A stretch of DNA of 64,000 bases from Polyangiales bacterium (GCA_964202905.1 CAXNJO010000003.1:64001-128000), one strand, 5' to 3'; positions 9,628 to 21,093 are shown, counted from the first letter of the stretch. A program made the numbers and translations. The notes: generated from the sequence alone by a model not told the origin.

Positions 9628-10962
9628 CTACGGCGCCGGCTTCGTCGGGTCGCCGAGCGTCTGGTTCAGCCGCACCGCCTCGCGGACCCACGCCGTGAAG
9701 CGCTCCTCCCGCACGTCGGTGGGCGACCAGAGGTTGAAGTGCCGCATCGGCCCGTCACCCGCGCCCGCGAGGAGCTTCTCCGGGTCTTCGAGGCTCGCGC
9801 CGCGCCAGAACCCGAGCCGCACGATGTGTCGCTCCGCGAGCACGTAGGCGAACGGGCCGTTGTGCTCGTAGACCGCGCGCCCCCACTTCACCGTGCCCGC
9901 CGCCGTCGGCGCGATCTCCGCGATCATCTGGCAGAGGTGCGTGACGACCACCCCGCGCCAATCGGCGATCTCGCGCGCGTACGCCTCGATCGCGGGACCG
10001 AGCGGCGGCGCGTTGACCCGCGGCACGAGCGCCTGCGGCTTCGGCGGCGCGGGCCGGGGGGGCACCAACCGCGAGGCGCCGTGCTTCGCAGCCCCTGCGC
10101 GGAGCGGACTCGCCTTCTTGGCGTCCGTCGCGGCGGGCTTCTGCGCGGAGGCTGCCTGCGCCGCGGGCTCCGCCGCGGGCGCAGGGGCCGCGACCGCCAC
10201 GGTGGGGGGCGGGGCCTTCTTCGCCGACGTCGACGCGGCCTTCGCGAGGGGGGACGGCGCGGCCGGCGACGGCGCCTTCTCGGCGACCTTCTCAGCGACC
10301 TTCGCAGCCGGCTTTGCAGAAGGCTTCGCGGGAGAATTCGGGGCGATCGGAGCGGACTTCGACGTCGGCTTCGCGGCCGGCTTCGGCGTCGCCTTCGTCG
10401 CCTTCGACGCCTTCGCGGCCGACTTCGGCGCCGACTTCGGCGCAACCTTCGACGCCTTCGCGGCGGCCTTCGGCGCCGACTTCGGCGCAACCTTCGACGC
10501 CTTCGCGGCGGCCTTCGCGGCCGACTTCGGCGCCGCCTTCGGCGCAACCTTCGACGACTTCGCGGCGGCTTCGCGGCCGACTTCGGCGGCCGGCTTCGGC
10601 GCCACCTTCGACGACTTCGCGGCGGCCTTCGCGGCCGGCTTCGGCGCCACCTTCGACGACTTCGCGGCGGCCTTCGCGGCCGGCTTCGGCGCCACCTTCG
10701 ACGACTTCGCGGCGGCCTTCGCGGCCGGCTTCGGCGCCACCTTCGACGACTTCGCGGCGGCCTTCGCGGCCGGCTTCGGCGCCACCTTCGACGACTTCGC
10801 GGCGGCCTTCGCGGCCGGCTTCGGCGCCACCTTCCCCGATGGCCTCGCGACGGGTTTCGGCGGCTTCGACGCCGTTTTCCCGGCCCCCTTCGACGCGGAC
10901 GTCGCAGCGGACTTCGTCTTGGGGATCGTCGTCACGCGGGCGGGCTTCCCGGGCTTCGCCAT
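9628..10962 (-). CDS. Lys/Ala/Pro histone-H1-like repeat region fused to a C-terminal DUF1801-like domain
   Basis: KVAPKPAAKAAAKSS repeats; C-terminal VKWGRAVY..RLGFWRGASLEDPEKLL..WVREAVRLN is typical of DUF1801. Confidence 0.8.
   Translation of the reverse strand: MAKPGKPARVTTIPKTKSAATSASKGAGKTASKPPKPVARPSGKVAPKPAAKAAAKSSKVAPKPAAKAAAKSSKVAPKPAAKAAAKSSKVAPKPAAKAAAKSSKVAPKPAAKAAAKSSKVAPKPAAEVGREAAAKSSKVAPKAAPKSAAKAAAKASKVAPKSAPKAAAKASKVAPKSAPKSAAKASKATKATPKPAAKPTSKSAPIAPNSPAKPSAKPAAKVAEKVAEKAPSPAAPSPLAKAASTSAKKAPPPTVAVAAPAPAAEPAAQAASAQKPAATDAKKASPLRAGAAKHGASRLVPPRPAPPKPQALVPRVNAPPLGPAIEAYAREIADWRGVVVTHLCQMIAEIAPTAAGTVKWGRAVYEHNGPFAYVLAERHIVRLGFWRGASLEDPEKLLAGAGDGPMRHFNLWSPTDVREERFTAWVREAVRLNQTLGDPTKPAP
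10420..10835. repeat. 45-bp coding tandem repeat (15 aa) with degenerate flanking copies
   Basis: Unit gccaccttcgacgacttcgcggcggccttcgcggccggcttcggc occurs in about five perfect copies from ~10601. Confidence 0.9.
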
Positions 10963-11150
10963 CTCTCGCTCCTTTCGGCGGTGCAGCGCGCGTACACTAC
11001 ACCGATTGGCCGCGGCACCGGTGCCGAATCCGGGCCGCGCACGAATCGTGACGTTCGTGCGCGTCGCGCACGCGAACCGTTGCGCTTCGGCCCGGGATCG
11101 CGCTAACCGTCGGGGCGGCGTCCCGTTGCGCCGTCCCGAGGAGCCTCCGC

Positions 11151-14112
11151 ATGCGACGAATCGCCTCCCGCCTCGCCTCGTTCACGGCCCTCGCCCTCGT
11201 CGCGATCGCGCCCGGCGCCTCGTCGGGCTGCAGCTGCTCGAGCCCGCCGACCGTCACGGCGGTTTGCACCTCGCGCGCGGACTGCGACCCGGGCGAGCTC
11301 TGTCAGGACGGGCGCTGCGTCGCGCCCCCCGATGGCGGCGAGGTCGACGGCGGCGGCCGCGACGCGGATGTGTCGCGCTGCGTCGACGGCGACCGCGACG
11401 GCTACAGCGCGATCGCGGACGACTGCCCCACAGGCGACGACTGCGACGACGCGAACGTCGAGGTGCACCCGGGCCGTGCCGAGCTGTGCGGCGACGGCGT
11501 CGACAACGACTGCAACGAGGGCGCCGACGAGCCGAGCTGCGACTGCGAGATCGGCCAGACGGTGAGCTGCTACTCGGGCCCCGCGGGCACGAGCGGCGTC
11601 GGCGCCTGCCGCCCCGGCCTCGCGGTGTGCGTCGCCGTCGGCATGCCGGGCACCTGCCGCGGCGAGGTGCTCCCCGTGGCCGAGGACGCCCCCGAGCTGT
11701 GCAACCGCATCGACGACGACTGCGACGGGCAGGTCGACGAGGGGCTCCGCAACGCGTGCGGCGCCTGCGCGACCGATCCGCTCGTCGAGGTCTGCGGCGA
11801 CGAGATCGACAACGACTGCAACGGCCTGAAGGACGAGGGCTGCAACTGCGACTACCGCTGCCTCTGCCCGCCCGCGACCTCGTGCGAGTGCGCGCCGCCG
11901 ACGAACCAGCCCTGTTACGAGGGCCCCTTCGGGACCGAGGGCGTGGGGCAGTGCGCGGGCGGCCGCCGCGACTGCGTCGTGAGCGGCGGTGAGGCGCGCT
12001 GGCAGACGTGCAGCGGCCAGCTGCTGCCGGGCGTCGAGTGCGAGGGCGGCGCGACGAACGACCTCGACGACGACTGCGACGGGCTCGTCGACGAGGGTTG
12101 CCGCGACGCCGACGCCGACGGCACCCCATGGCCGACCGACTGCGACGACACCAACCGCGCCATCGGCCCGACCGTCGCCGAGGTCTGCAACGGCCGCGAC
12201 GACGACTGCGACGGACTCGCCGACGAGGCCGTGACCAACCGCTGCGGCGGCTGCGGCGCCGTGCCGGTCGAGACGTGCGGCAACGGCCGTGACGAGGACT
12301 GCGACGGCGTGCCCGACGACGGCTGCGAGTGCGACGGCGGCACCGTGCGCGACTGCTTCCTCGGCCCGGTCGGCACCGAAGGTGTCGGCGCCTGCGTCGC
12401 GGGCGCGCCAGACCTGCGGCGGCGGCAGCGAGTTCGCGCGCTGGGGCATCTGCGAGGGCGCGGTCGGCCCGCTGCCGGAGATCTGCAACGGCGTCGACGA
12501 CGACTGCGACGGCGAGGTCGACGAGCGCTACGCCTCGGGCTCGAACGGCTGCGGATTCTGCAACCCCGTCGAGGTCTGCGACGGCGCCGACAACGACTGC
12601 GACGGCCTCGTCGACGAGGGCGTCTCGAACCGCTGCGGCGCGTGTGAACCCGAGCCCGTCGAGGTCTGCAACGGCGCCGACGACGACTGCGACGGCACCA
12701 TCGACGAGGGCACGACGAACGCGTGCGGCACCTGCCCGCCGACGCCCTGCTTCACCGAGACCTGGAGCACGCCGGCAGACTGCACTGCGCCCGGCCGCAC
12801 CTGCGACGGCGTCGTCGAGGACGTGGACCACCCGGGCGCGATCACGCTCGGCGAGGGCTCGCTCTCCTTCGACTACATCTACGTCGCGGTCACCAACCGG
12901 AACGAGATCGCGCAGCTGGACACCACGACGGGCGCTGTCAACTGGATCCGGCCGTCGTTCGGGCAGAACCCGTCGCGCACCTCCGTCGCGCTCGACGGCA
13001 GCGTGTGGGTCGGCAACCGCGGCTTCGGCGACCCGAGCAACGTCGCGGTCTCGAACCTCGTCCACCTCGGCATCGACGGCAACATCATCTGCCGCGCCGC
13101 GGGCGTCACCGGCCTGATCCGCGGCGTCACGATCGACGCGGAGGGCAACATCTGGGCGGGCGCGTACAACGGGCGCCGCGTCTACCGCGTGAACGGCACC
13201 ACGGTCGACACGTCGACCTCGCCGGCGACCTGTCCGCTCATCGCGGCCTACGACGTGGGCGTCAACGTCTACGGCCTCTCGGTCGACCCGGACGGCTACG
13301 TCTGGACGTCCTCGACGCCGGCGATGCGCATCCGCATCTCCGACGGCGCGATCTCCACAGTCACCAACCCCGCCCACTACGGCGTCGCCGCCGATGGCGC
13401 CGGCCGGATCTGGTACGGCAGCTGGATCAACGGGGGCGCGCTCCACGCCGTGGACCGCACGACGCTCGCGGTCACCAACACCACCATCCCGGATGGCATC
13501 ACGGGCGTCACCGTGCACCCGGACGGATCGATCTGGGGCACGGCCTACGGCGCCAACCGCATCTGGGCGTGGGACCCGGCGACGGGCGCGGCGCGCTGCT
13601 CGGCGGGCATCCCCGCGGGCACCGGCAGCAACCCGCACGGCATCGCCGTCGACCGGATGGGCCGCGTCTGGGCACCGAACCGCTTCGGCGGCTACGTGAA
13701 CGTCTACGACTCGACGACCTGCGCCGTCCTCGGCAGCTACGTCGTCTCGCCCGGCGAGGAGCTGTACAGCTACTCCGACATGACGGGCCACCTGTTGCGC
13801 ACCTTCACCGCGCCCGAGGGCCACTGGTACCAGGTCTTCGACTCGGGGTACGCGTCCGCGTACTGGACGAGCGCGTCCTGGCGCGCGGACGTGCCGCCCG
13901 ACTCGTCGCTCGAGGTGCTCGTGCGCGCGTCCGACGATCCGTCCGACTTCTCCGCGTCGGTGGTGTGCGGTCCGTTCACCTCGTCCCCCGCAGACCTCAC
14001 CGCGTGCGGCCTCGGTCGACACCGCTACCTGCAGCTCGACGTGGCGCTGCGCAGCACACGCGCCCGCGCGCGGCCCATCGTGTACAGCGTGGACGCCGCC
14101 TGGGCCTACTGA
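11151..14112 (+). CDS. Large Cys/Asp-rich lipoprotein with MopE-like 'putative metal-binding motif' repeats and a C-terminal Vgb-like beta-propeller (frameshift ~12407)
   Basis: Many E.CNG.DDDCDG.VDE repeats continue across ORFs 11151-12647 and 12289-14112; one extra C in gcgccagacc joins them; propeller blades ALDGSVWVG, DAEGNIWAG, DRMGRVWA. Confidence 0.8.
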
Positions 14113-14777
14113 TGCGGCACGCGGCGCGGGGCCGGGCGACGCGCGCCGCTGCGCTGCGTTCGCTGGGTCCCCTCGCCGCGCTCATCGTCGGCGCCTGCTC
14201 GCCCGCTCAGCCGGCATCGCACGTGGTGCGCGCTCCGTGCCCGCCGCGCATGGTGCGGGCGGGCGCCGCGTGCATCGACCGGCACGAGGCCCGCATCGTG
14301 GACGGTCGCGCCGAGCCCGCGCTCGACGCCCCGGCCACGAGCGGCGTGTCCTTCCGAGACGCCGAGCGCGCGTGCCAGGAGGCCGGGCTGCGGCTCTGCA
14401 CCGGCGCGGAGTGGAGCCGCGCGTGCGAGGGCGCGGGGACACCGCGCAAGCTGCCCTACGGCGATCGCTGGGAGGCGCACCGCTGCAACACCGGCGAGTG
14501 GGACGACGACCTCACGCGCATCGCGGTCCGGCCGAGCGGCGCCTTCCCGCGGTGCGTCTCGCCGGAAGGCGTGCTCGACCTCTCCGGCAACGTCTGGGAA
14601 TGGACGAGCGAGCCGGACCCGACCGGCGCGCTCCGCGAGCTGCGCGGGGGCGGCGCCCGCAACGCCGAGCCGCAGGCCGTGTGCCGACTGGGCGATCGCT
14701 TCTTCCTCGATCCGGACGCGCGGGAGGGGCTGCTGGGATTCCGGTGCTGCACGCGCGCGCGCACCGCGTCGCCCTGA
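14112..14777 (+). CDS. Formylglycine-generating enzyme (SUMF1/EgtB/PvdO) family protein
   Basis: TGATG overlap with the upstream gene; RLCTGAEW, DLSGNVWEW, RGG, GFRCC. Confidence 0.85.
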   Translation: MRHAARGRATRAAALRSLGPLAALIVGACSPAQPASHVVRAPCPPRMVRAGAACIDRHEARIVDGRAEPALDAPATSGVSFRDAERACQEAGLRLCTGAEWSRACEGAGTPRKLPYGDRWEAHRCNTGEWDDDLTRIAVRPSGAFPRCVSPEGVLDLSGNVWEWTSEPDPTGALRELRGGGARNAEPQAVCRLGDRFFLDPDAREGLLGFRCCTRARTASP

Positions 14778-14889
14778 CCGGGGCCCCGCGATGCGGCGAT
14801 GCAAATACGCGCGGCGCGGTCGCCGCGTCGCATCGCGCGTCGAGCCCACGCGTCGCCTCGCGCGGCGAGCGCGCGTCGGACCCACGCGG

Positions 14890-14971
14890 TGCGAGGAGCG
14901 GGACTCGAACCCGCACGCCTTGCGGCACTGGATCCTAAGTCCAGGGCGTCTGCCAGTTCCGCCACCCTCGC
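14890..14971 (-). tRNA. tRNA-Leu (anticodon TAG)
   Basis: GCGAGGGTGGCGGAACTGGCAGACGC CTGGA-CTTAGGA-TCCAG, long variable arm, GGTTCGAGTCC; full CCA not encoded. Confidence 0.96.
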
Positions 14972-15113
14972 GCTGCCGGAGCCGGGGTCATGCCGCAGCG
15001 CAGCGCCCGCGTCAAACACGGGCAGCGCGCTGGCGCGCTCGTCGTTGACGCGCACGGCCCCGGCTTCCTATGCTGCGCCGGGGCACGTCCACCGCGGCCC
15101 GAGGAGCACCTGA

Positions 15114-16337
15114 ATGAACCGGCTTTTCGTCGCGGCCTGCGTGTCGCTCTCCCTGATGCTCGGCGCCGCGACGGCGTCCGCGCAAGCCGACACCGACCGC
15201 CAACAGGCCCGCGCCGAGTTCGATCGGGGCGTCTCCCTCTACGCCGCCGAGAACTACCAGGGTGCCCTCGAGGCCTTCCAGGAAGCGTTTCGCTTGAGCC
15301 CGCACCCGACGGTGCGCGTCAACATGGCGAATTGCTACGACCACCTCTCGAAGCCGATCGAGGCGATCTTCCACTTCGAGCGCTTCCTCTCGGAGTCGGG
15401 ACGCGGCGCGCCCGCAGCACGGCGGCGCGAGGTCGAGGCGGCGCTGCGTGGCCTTCGCGCGCGCGTCGGCGAGGTGAACCTGCGCGTCTCCCCCGACGGC
15501 GCGACGGTGGTCATCGACGAGGGCGACTCCCGCCGCGCGCCGATCCTCGAGCCCGTGCGCCTCGCCGCCGGCACGCACCGCATCGAGACGCGTCTCACGG
15601 GCTACCGCACCGACCGACGCAGCGTCGAGGTGACCGGCGGTGGCACCGCCGAGGTGCAGATCCGCCTCGAACGCGCCGGCAGCCCCGAGGTCGCCAGCGC
15701 CGCGACGACGCCCCGCGCCGAGCCGGCCGCGACGGCGGCGACGAGTGCGACGCGGACGCCCCCGCGCGCGGAGCCCGGACCGCCCCCGCGCACCGAGCCC
15801 GCCCCCACGGCGACGTCGACGCCCGCGCCCACGGCGTCTCAGCCCCCCGCGCCGACGGCCGACGCCGACACCGATGCAGACGCCTCCTCGGAGCCGGTCA
15901 TCCCGCCCGCCGACGAGACGCCCGCGCCTGCGGAAGAAGGTGGAGGGCTCGTCTTCACCCTCCCCACGATCGCGACCGCGGCCGGTGCTGGCGCGCTCGT
16001 CATCACGGCCGTGATCCTCGGGGTCTCGGCGTCGGGCGCCAACGCGGAGTTCGACGACCTCGCCGCGCTGACGAACGACACGCGCCTCGACGCGGCTGAG
16101 CGCGCGAGCCTGCGCGCGCAGGCCGTCGACAAGGCCGACACTGCCAACGGCCTCGCGCTCGCCGCCGACATCGTCGGCGTCGCGGGCCTCCTCGGGCTCG
16201 GTGCAACCGCCTTCCTGTTCATGGTCGACCAGGGCGGCAGCAGCGAGCGCGCGACCGCAGCGCGCGGTGCGTCCATCGCCGTGCACCCTGCCTTCTCCCG
16301 CGACCACGCGGGTCTCACGCTCCGCGGAACCTTCTGA
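15114..16337 (+). CDS. TPR + PEGA domain secreted protein with Pro/Thr linker and C-terminal hydrophobic segments
   Basis: ARAEFDRGVSLY..NMANCY (TPR-like); VSPDGATVVID..LAAGTHRIE..GY (PEGA). Confidence 0.82.
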   Translation: MNRLFVAACVSLSLMLGAATASAQADTDRQQARAEFDRGVSLYAAENYQGALEAFQEAFRLSPHPTVRVNMANCYDHLSKPIEAIFHFERFLSESGRGAPAARRREVEAALRGLRARVGEVNLRVSPDGATVVIDEGDSRRAPILEPVRLAAGTHRIETRLTGYRTDRRSVEVTGGGTAEVQIRLERAGSPEVASAATTPRAEPAATAATSATRTPPRAEPGPPPRTEPAPTATSTPAPTASQPPAPTADADTDADASSEPVIPPADETPAPAEEGGGLVFTLPTIATAAGAGALVITAVILGVSASGANAEFDDLAALTNDTRLDAAERASLRAQAVDKADTANGLALAADIVGVAGLLGLGATAFLFMVDQGGSSERATAARGASIAVHPAFSRDHAGLTLRGTF

Positions 16338-16379
16338 TCGCCCCACCCCGGAATCCGCGCCGACGCGGGAGGTACTCGC

Positions 16380-18169
16380 ATGTCCCTTCAACTTCGCTTC
16401 GCCTCGCTCGGTCTCGTTTTCCTGATGTCCGGTCTCGCCGGGGGCTGCAGCGCCCTCGTGGACGCCGACCCGGCTGATCTCCCGCCCGTGCCCGGCGCCG
16501 ACGGCGGCGGGGCGGGATGGATGGGGGGCGCGCGGATGCGGGTGACGGTGGCGGAGGCGGCACCGACGGGGGTGGCGGTGGCACCGACGGCGGCGATCCA
16601 TGCGCGGGCGGGTGCGACGACGGCATCGCCTGCTCCGTGGACGCGTGCGGTGCTTCCGGCTGCACGCACACCCCCGACGACGGCGCCTGCGGCGTTGAGC
16701 GCTGCAGCGTGATGCTCGGCTGCGTGCCGCGCGTCTGCACCGACGCCGCCTCCTGCGACAACGGCATCTTCTGTGATGGTGAAGAGCGCTGCGATGCGAG
16801 CGCCCCCGGCGCCGACCCGGGGACCGGCTGCGTCGCGGGCCGTCCGCCCAGCTGCTTCGACGACTTCTCCTGCACGACCGACTCCTGCGACGAGGCGAGC
16901 CGCGCCTGCGCCTTCATGCCCGACGACGCCGCCTGCGACGACGGCATCGACTGCACCACCGACGCCTGCGCGCCGGACAGCGCCACGTCCGCGAGCGGCT
17001 GCGTCGCCCGCCCCGACGACACCGTCTGCGGCGGCGCCTGCACCACGCTGAGCGGCGGCATCCCGGCCGCAGCGCCCGGCGTCTGCGACCCGACGCGCGG
17101 CTGCATCACGGGCACGCCCACGAGCTGCCGCGACGGCACCGTCTGCACGACCGACCGCTGCGAGGCCGGCGCATGCGCCTCGATCCCCGTCGACGCCGAT
17201 GGCGACGGCGTCCCGGCCCGCTTCGTCGGGACGGCCTCCTGCACGGGGACGGACTGCGACGACACCGACGGCTCGATCTTCCCGGGTGCGATGGAGCGCT
17301 GCAACGGCGAGGACGACAACTGCAACGGCACGGTCGACGAGAGCTGCGTGGCGGTCCCGGACGACTGCGGCACCGCAGCGCCGCTCACCGGCACGGGCGG
17401 CGTCCTGCGCGCCACGGGCAACTTCGGCGATTTCGGCGACGACTACGACACGCTGTGCGCGGCCGCCGATGGGTCCCGCGGCGGGCGCGACGCGGTGTAC
17501 TACTTCGACGTGACGTCACTCAGCGACGTCGTCATCACGACCGACGGCGGCACCTCCGACACGATCCTCGGCGTCGCCACCGATTGCACGGAGACCGGCT
17601 TCGGGCTCGGCTGCGACGACGACATCCTGAACCCGGGCAACACCTCGAGCCGCATCTTCTTCCACCGCATCGGGCCGGCCTTCGGGAGCTCGACCCGGCG
17701 CGTGTACGTGCTGGTCGACGCCTACGGCTCGGGCACGACGGGCGCGTACACCGTGACCGCGACGATCACGCCCGCTGCCGCCGACGCGTGCACGGCGCCG
17801 ATCGACATCTCGGGCGGCGGCACGCTCGTCGGCCAGCTCGGCACCGTCGGCGCGGCGCTCCCCTCGCCGTCCGGGAGCTGCCAGACCATCCCCTTCATCA
17901 CGGACATCGAGGCGGTCGCCTCGTTCACCGGCTCAGCCGACGGCATGCAGACCTTCACCGCCTACTCGCGCAGCTTCAACCCGGAGATGTACGTCCGCGA
18001 GGCGATGTGCGGCACCGGCGCGGAGGACGCGTGCGTGGTCGGCATGGCGCTCGGCGGCGGCGTGAACCGCGCGATCCTCGGCGCGACCGTGCCGACCGGG
18101 ACGCGCGGCTTCCTGTTCGTCGACAACGGCGGCTCCAGCGGGCGCTACAGCGTCGACTACGCCCCCTGA
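16380..18169 (+). CDS. Cys-rich lipoprotein (CDDGIxCTxDxC repeats, MopE-like motif), frameshift ~16515
   Basis: Lipobox LAGGC in ORF 16380; body in ORF 16517-18169 with DCDDTD..PGAMERCNGEDDNCNG. Confidence 0.75.
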
Positions 18170-18305
18170 ACGCGCGGCGCGGGCGGTGGGGAGGGAACCC
18201 CACCGCGCCCCCCAACCGTGTTAGCGTTTGGCCGATTTTCGAACGGAGCGGTGAATCGTTCGGGCCCGGGCCCGGTCGGATGCCGCCGACAACCAAGGAG
18301 GAGCG

Positions 18306-18827
18306 ATGGTGAATTCCAAGACGTGGATGCGGTGGGCGGGCGGCGTGGGCGTGGCGGTTCCGTTGCTGGCCTGCGCGGCGAGCGGCAGCTACCGGGTCGT
18401 GATGCGCGAGCAGACGGGCGGCGAGCTCGCGCTCGACGGTGACCAGACGAAGGCGATGGAGCAGGCCACCATCGCGATGCAGCAGCACTGCGGCGGCCCC
18501 GGCACGTTCGCGGTCGTGCGCGAGGGTCAGGTCGCGGTCGGCGAGGTCACCCAGACGCAGGGCGGCTCGAACTCCGGAACGCAGTACCGCCGCAACTCAT
18601 CCTCGAGCGGCACGTCCTACAGCGGCACGCAGACGACGCAGCAGCTCACCGAGTACCACATCTGGTACCAGTGCGGCGCGGCCCCGGCCGTCGCGACGCA
18701 GCCAGCCGCAGCCCCCGTAGCGGACCCCAACGCGCAGCCCGCTCCCGACCCGAACGCCCAAGGCGGCGCGACCGTGCAGGGCAGCATGACCGTGCAGGGC
18801 TCGGCCGTCGTCGGCCAGCCTCAGTGA
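18306..18827 (+). CDS. Hypothetical lipoprotein
   Basis: AAGGAGGAG RBS; lipobox PLLAC; typical codon usage. Confidence 0.75.
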   Translation: MVNSKTWMRWAGGVGVAVPLLACAASGSYRVVMREQTGGELALDGDQTKAMEQATIAMQQHCGGPGTFAVVREGQVAVGEVTQTQGGSNSGTQYRRNSSSSGTSYSGTQTTQQLTEYHIWYQCGAAPAVATQPAAAPVADPNAQPAPDPNAQGGATVQGSMTVQGSAVVGQPQ

Positions 18828-18879
18828 ACGAGCGGGCGAGGCTTACGCTCCCCGGCGCGTGAGCCCACCGTGTGACGAC

Positions 18880-18911
18880 GAAGGCTCCGTGGGACGACCC
18901 ACGGAGCCTTC
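18880..18911. terminator. Perfect 14-bp stem hairpin between convergent genes
   Basis: gaaggctccgtggg-acga-cccacggagccttc. Confidence 0.7.
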
Positions 18912-18936
18912 ATGCTGTTCGCCGTTCGAGAAGCGC

Positions 18937-20220
18937 TCAGAGGACGAAGTCGGCGGCCTCGAGGATCTCGACGATCCGGTAGAGGAAGCTGTTCGCCGCG
19001 ACACCGTCGACGATGCGGTGGTCGTAGCTGAGCGACATGAACATCACGGGGCGCAGCGCGATGAGGTCCTCGCCGTCGTGCTCGACGACGACGGTGCGCT
19101 TCTGGATCTCGCCGATGCGGAGGATGCCCACGTTCGGCTGCGAGATGATCGCGCCGCCGTGGAGGTTGCCCTTGAGGCCGGGGTTCGAGACGGTGAACGT
19201 CTTGCCGGCGAGGTCATCGGGCGTGAGCTTGCCGTCGCGCGCCTTGCGGGCGAGCTCGTCGACCGCGCGGGCGAGGCCGCGCACCGTGAGCTCGTCGGCG
19301 TTCTTCACGACGGGGACGACGAGGCCCTCCGGCGTGTCGACCGCGATGCCGAGGTGGATGTCGCGCAGCAGCACGAACGCGTCGTCGAGGACGCGCGCGT
19401 TGAGGCCGCGGTTCTCGCGGAGCGACCGGGCGACGGCGGCGCAGATGAAGGACAGGAACGTGAGGTTCACGCCCTCCTTCTTCAGCGTGGCCTTGTGCTC
19501 GTCGCGCAGGCGGCTCGTGCGGTGCAGATCGCACTCGGCCACCGTCACCACGTGGGGCGACGTCAGCTTCGAGTAGATCATGTGGTCCGCGATGATCCGC
19601 CGGCGCCGCGAGAACTGGATGACCTCGTCGCCGGGGCGCGGCTGGTAGGACGGCACCTGGAAGGCGAGCGCGCGGCCGGCCGTCCCGGGGGACGACGCAG
19701 GCAGCGGCGCAGGCGCGGGCAGACCGCCCGGCGAGGTGACGCGCCCCGCGGACGAAGGCGCGGCGGCCGGCGCAGCGATCGGCGCAGCGATCGGCGCAGC
19801 GGCCCGGAGGACGTCGTCGCGCGTCACGCGGCCGTGCTCACCGCTCGGCTTGAGGGCGGCGAGGTCGATGTCGTTCTCGCGGGCGAGCTTGCGCACCGAG
19901 GGCGAGGCCGCGGGCGCGCTGGCCACGGGCGCGCTGGCCGCGGGCGCCGCGGCGGGGGCCTTCGGGGCGGTGGCCGCGCTGGCGTTCGTGTCGATCTCGA
20001 CGAGCGCCTCGCCGACCCGCACGACCGCGCCCTCTTCGACGAGGATCGCCGAGACGACGCCGCCCACCGGAGAGGGCACCTCGCTGTCGGCCTTGTCCGT
20101 GAGGATCTCGACGACGGCCTGATCCTTCTCGACCCGATCCCCGACGCGCACGTGCCACTTGCCGACCGTGCCTTCGACGACGCTCTCGCCGAGCTGCGGC
20201 ATCGTTACTTTGGTGCTCAT
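18937..20220 (-). CDS. Dihydrolipoamide acyltransferase (E2) of a 2-oxoacid dehydrogenase complex
   Basis: MPQLGESV; lipoyl motif TDKADSEVPSP; E3-binding ASPSVRKLARE..GRVTRDDV; catalytic DHRIVDG. Confidence 0.95.
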   Translation of the reverse strand: MSTKVTMPQLGESVVEGTVGKWHVRVGDRVEKDQAVVEILTDKADSEVPSPVGGVVSAILVEEGAVVRVGEALVEIDTNASAATAPKAPAAAPAASAPVASAPAASPSVRKLARENDIDLAALKPSGEHGRVTRDDVLRAAAPIAAPIAAPAAAPSSAGRVTSPGGLPAPAPLPASSPGTAGRALAFQVPSYQPRPGDEVIQFSRRRRIIADHMIYSKLTSPHVVTVAECDLHRTSRLRDEHKATLKKEGVNLTFLSFICAAVARSLRENRGLNARVLDDAFVLLRDIHLGIAVDTPEGLVVPVVKNADELTVRGLARAVDELARKARDGKLTPDDLAGKTFTVSNPGLKGNLHGGAIISQPNVGILRIGEIQKRTVVVEHDGEDLIALRPVMFMSLSYDHRIVDGVAANSFLYRIVEILEAADFVL

Positions 20221-20500
20221 CGCTCCTCCGTGGTGCGGCGCGCGTTGTAACGCCATCGCGCGGAGGCGGCAACGGAATGCGGCGCGGCGCGGAGCAGCGC
20301 GCGATCGGGCGGGGACGTCGACGCGCGAGGCCGCCGCGGGCCGGCGCGGCGCAGCGCAAGGCACATGGACCGCGCGGGCATGGCGAGCGGCCGCGCGCGG
20401 GGCGGTCGCGCGGGCAGTCGCCGTGAGCGTTGCGACGCGCGACGCGCAACCCACGATCGGGCGCGTACGCGTCGCCCCGCGGGGCGCAGGCGCGCGGCCG

Positions 20501-20947
20501 TCAGGCCTTGTGGCGCACCGTGAGCACGGGCACCGGACACGTGCGCACCACGCGCTCCGCCGTGCTCCCGAGCAGCACGTGCGAGAGCCCGGTGCGCCCG
20601 TGCGTGCCGATCACGACGAGGTCGGCGCCGAGCTCGGACGCGAGACGGTCGATCTCGAGGTGCGCGGGCCCCTCCCCCAGCTTGCCAGAGACCTTCACCT
20701 TGCCACCGGCGACGCGCGCGACGGCCGCATCGAGGCTCTTCTGGAGTTCGGTGTGGAGCTGCCCGATGTATTGCGGGCTCGCGACGATCGCGTCCTCCGG
20801 GATCGCGTAGGCCGGCAGCTGCCAGGCGTGCACGAGCACGAGCGCGGCGCCGTGCTGCTCGGCGAGGGACACCGCGTGCTCGAGGGCGGCGTCGGAGGTC
20901 TCGGAGAAGTCGACGGCACAGAGGATGGTGCGGATCTCGTAACGCAT
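20501..20947 (-). CDS. Universal stress protein
   Basis: ILCAVDFS, DLVVIGTHGRTG..LGSTAERVVR..PVL. Confidence 0.95.
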   Translation of the reverse strand: MRYEIRTILCAVDFSETSDAALEHAVSLAEQHGAALVLVHAWQLPAYAIPEDAIVASPQYIGQLHTELQKSLDAAVARVAGGKVKVSGKLGEGPAHLEIDRLASELGADLVVIGTHGRTGLSHVLLGSTAERVVRTCPVPVLTVRHKA

Positions 20948-21093
20948 GGGCCCCCACGGCAACGCTGCCGGCGCGCTGGCGACGCGCGGCTCGACGTGCG
21001 AGTTTCGGTGTCTATCTGAGCTACGCACCAGGCCGACGCGCGCCAGCACCGCCCCGTCCCGCACGACGGCGAGGCGCCTCCGGAGACCGACCC

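Noticed and set aside
12723..14111. 684-aa ORF fusing an upstream region to the FGE domain
   Set aside because: The upstream part is an off-frame shadow of the propeller gene; FGE starts at ATG 14112.
14890..14971. tRNA-Leu or the other tRNAs as integration sites
   Set aside because: No duplicated tRNA 3' end or integrase seen in the window.
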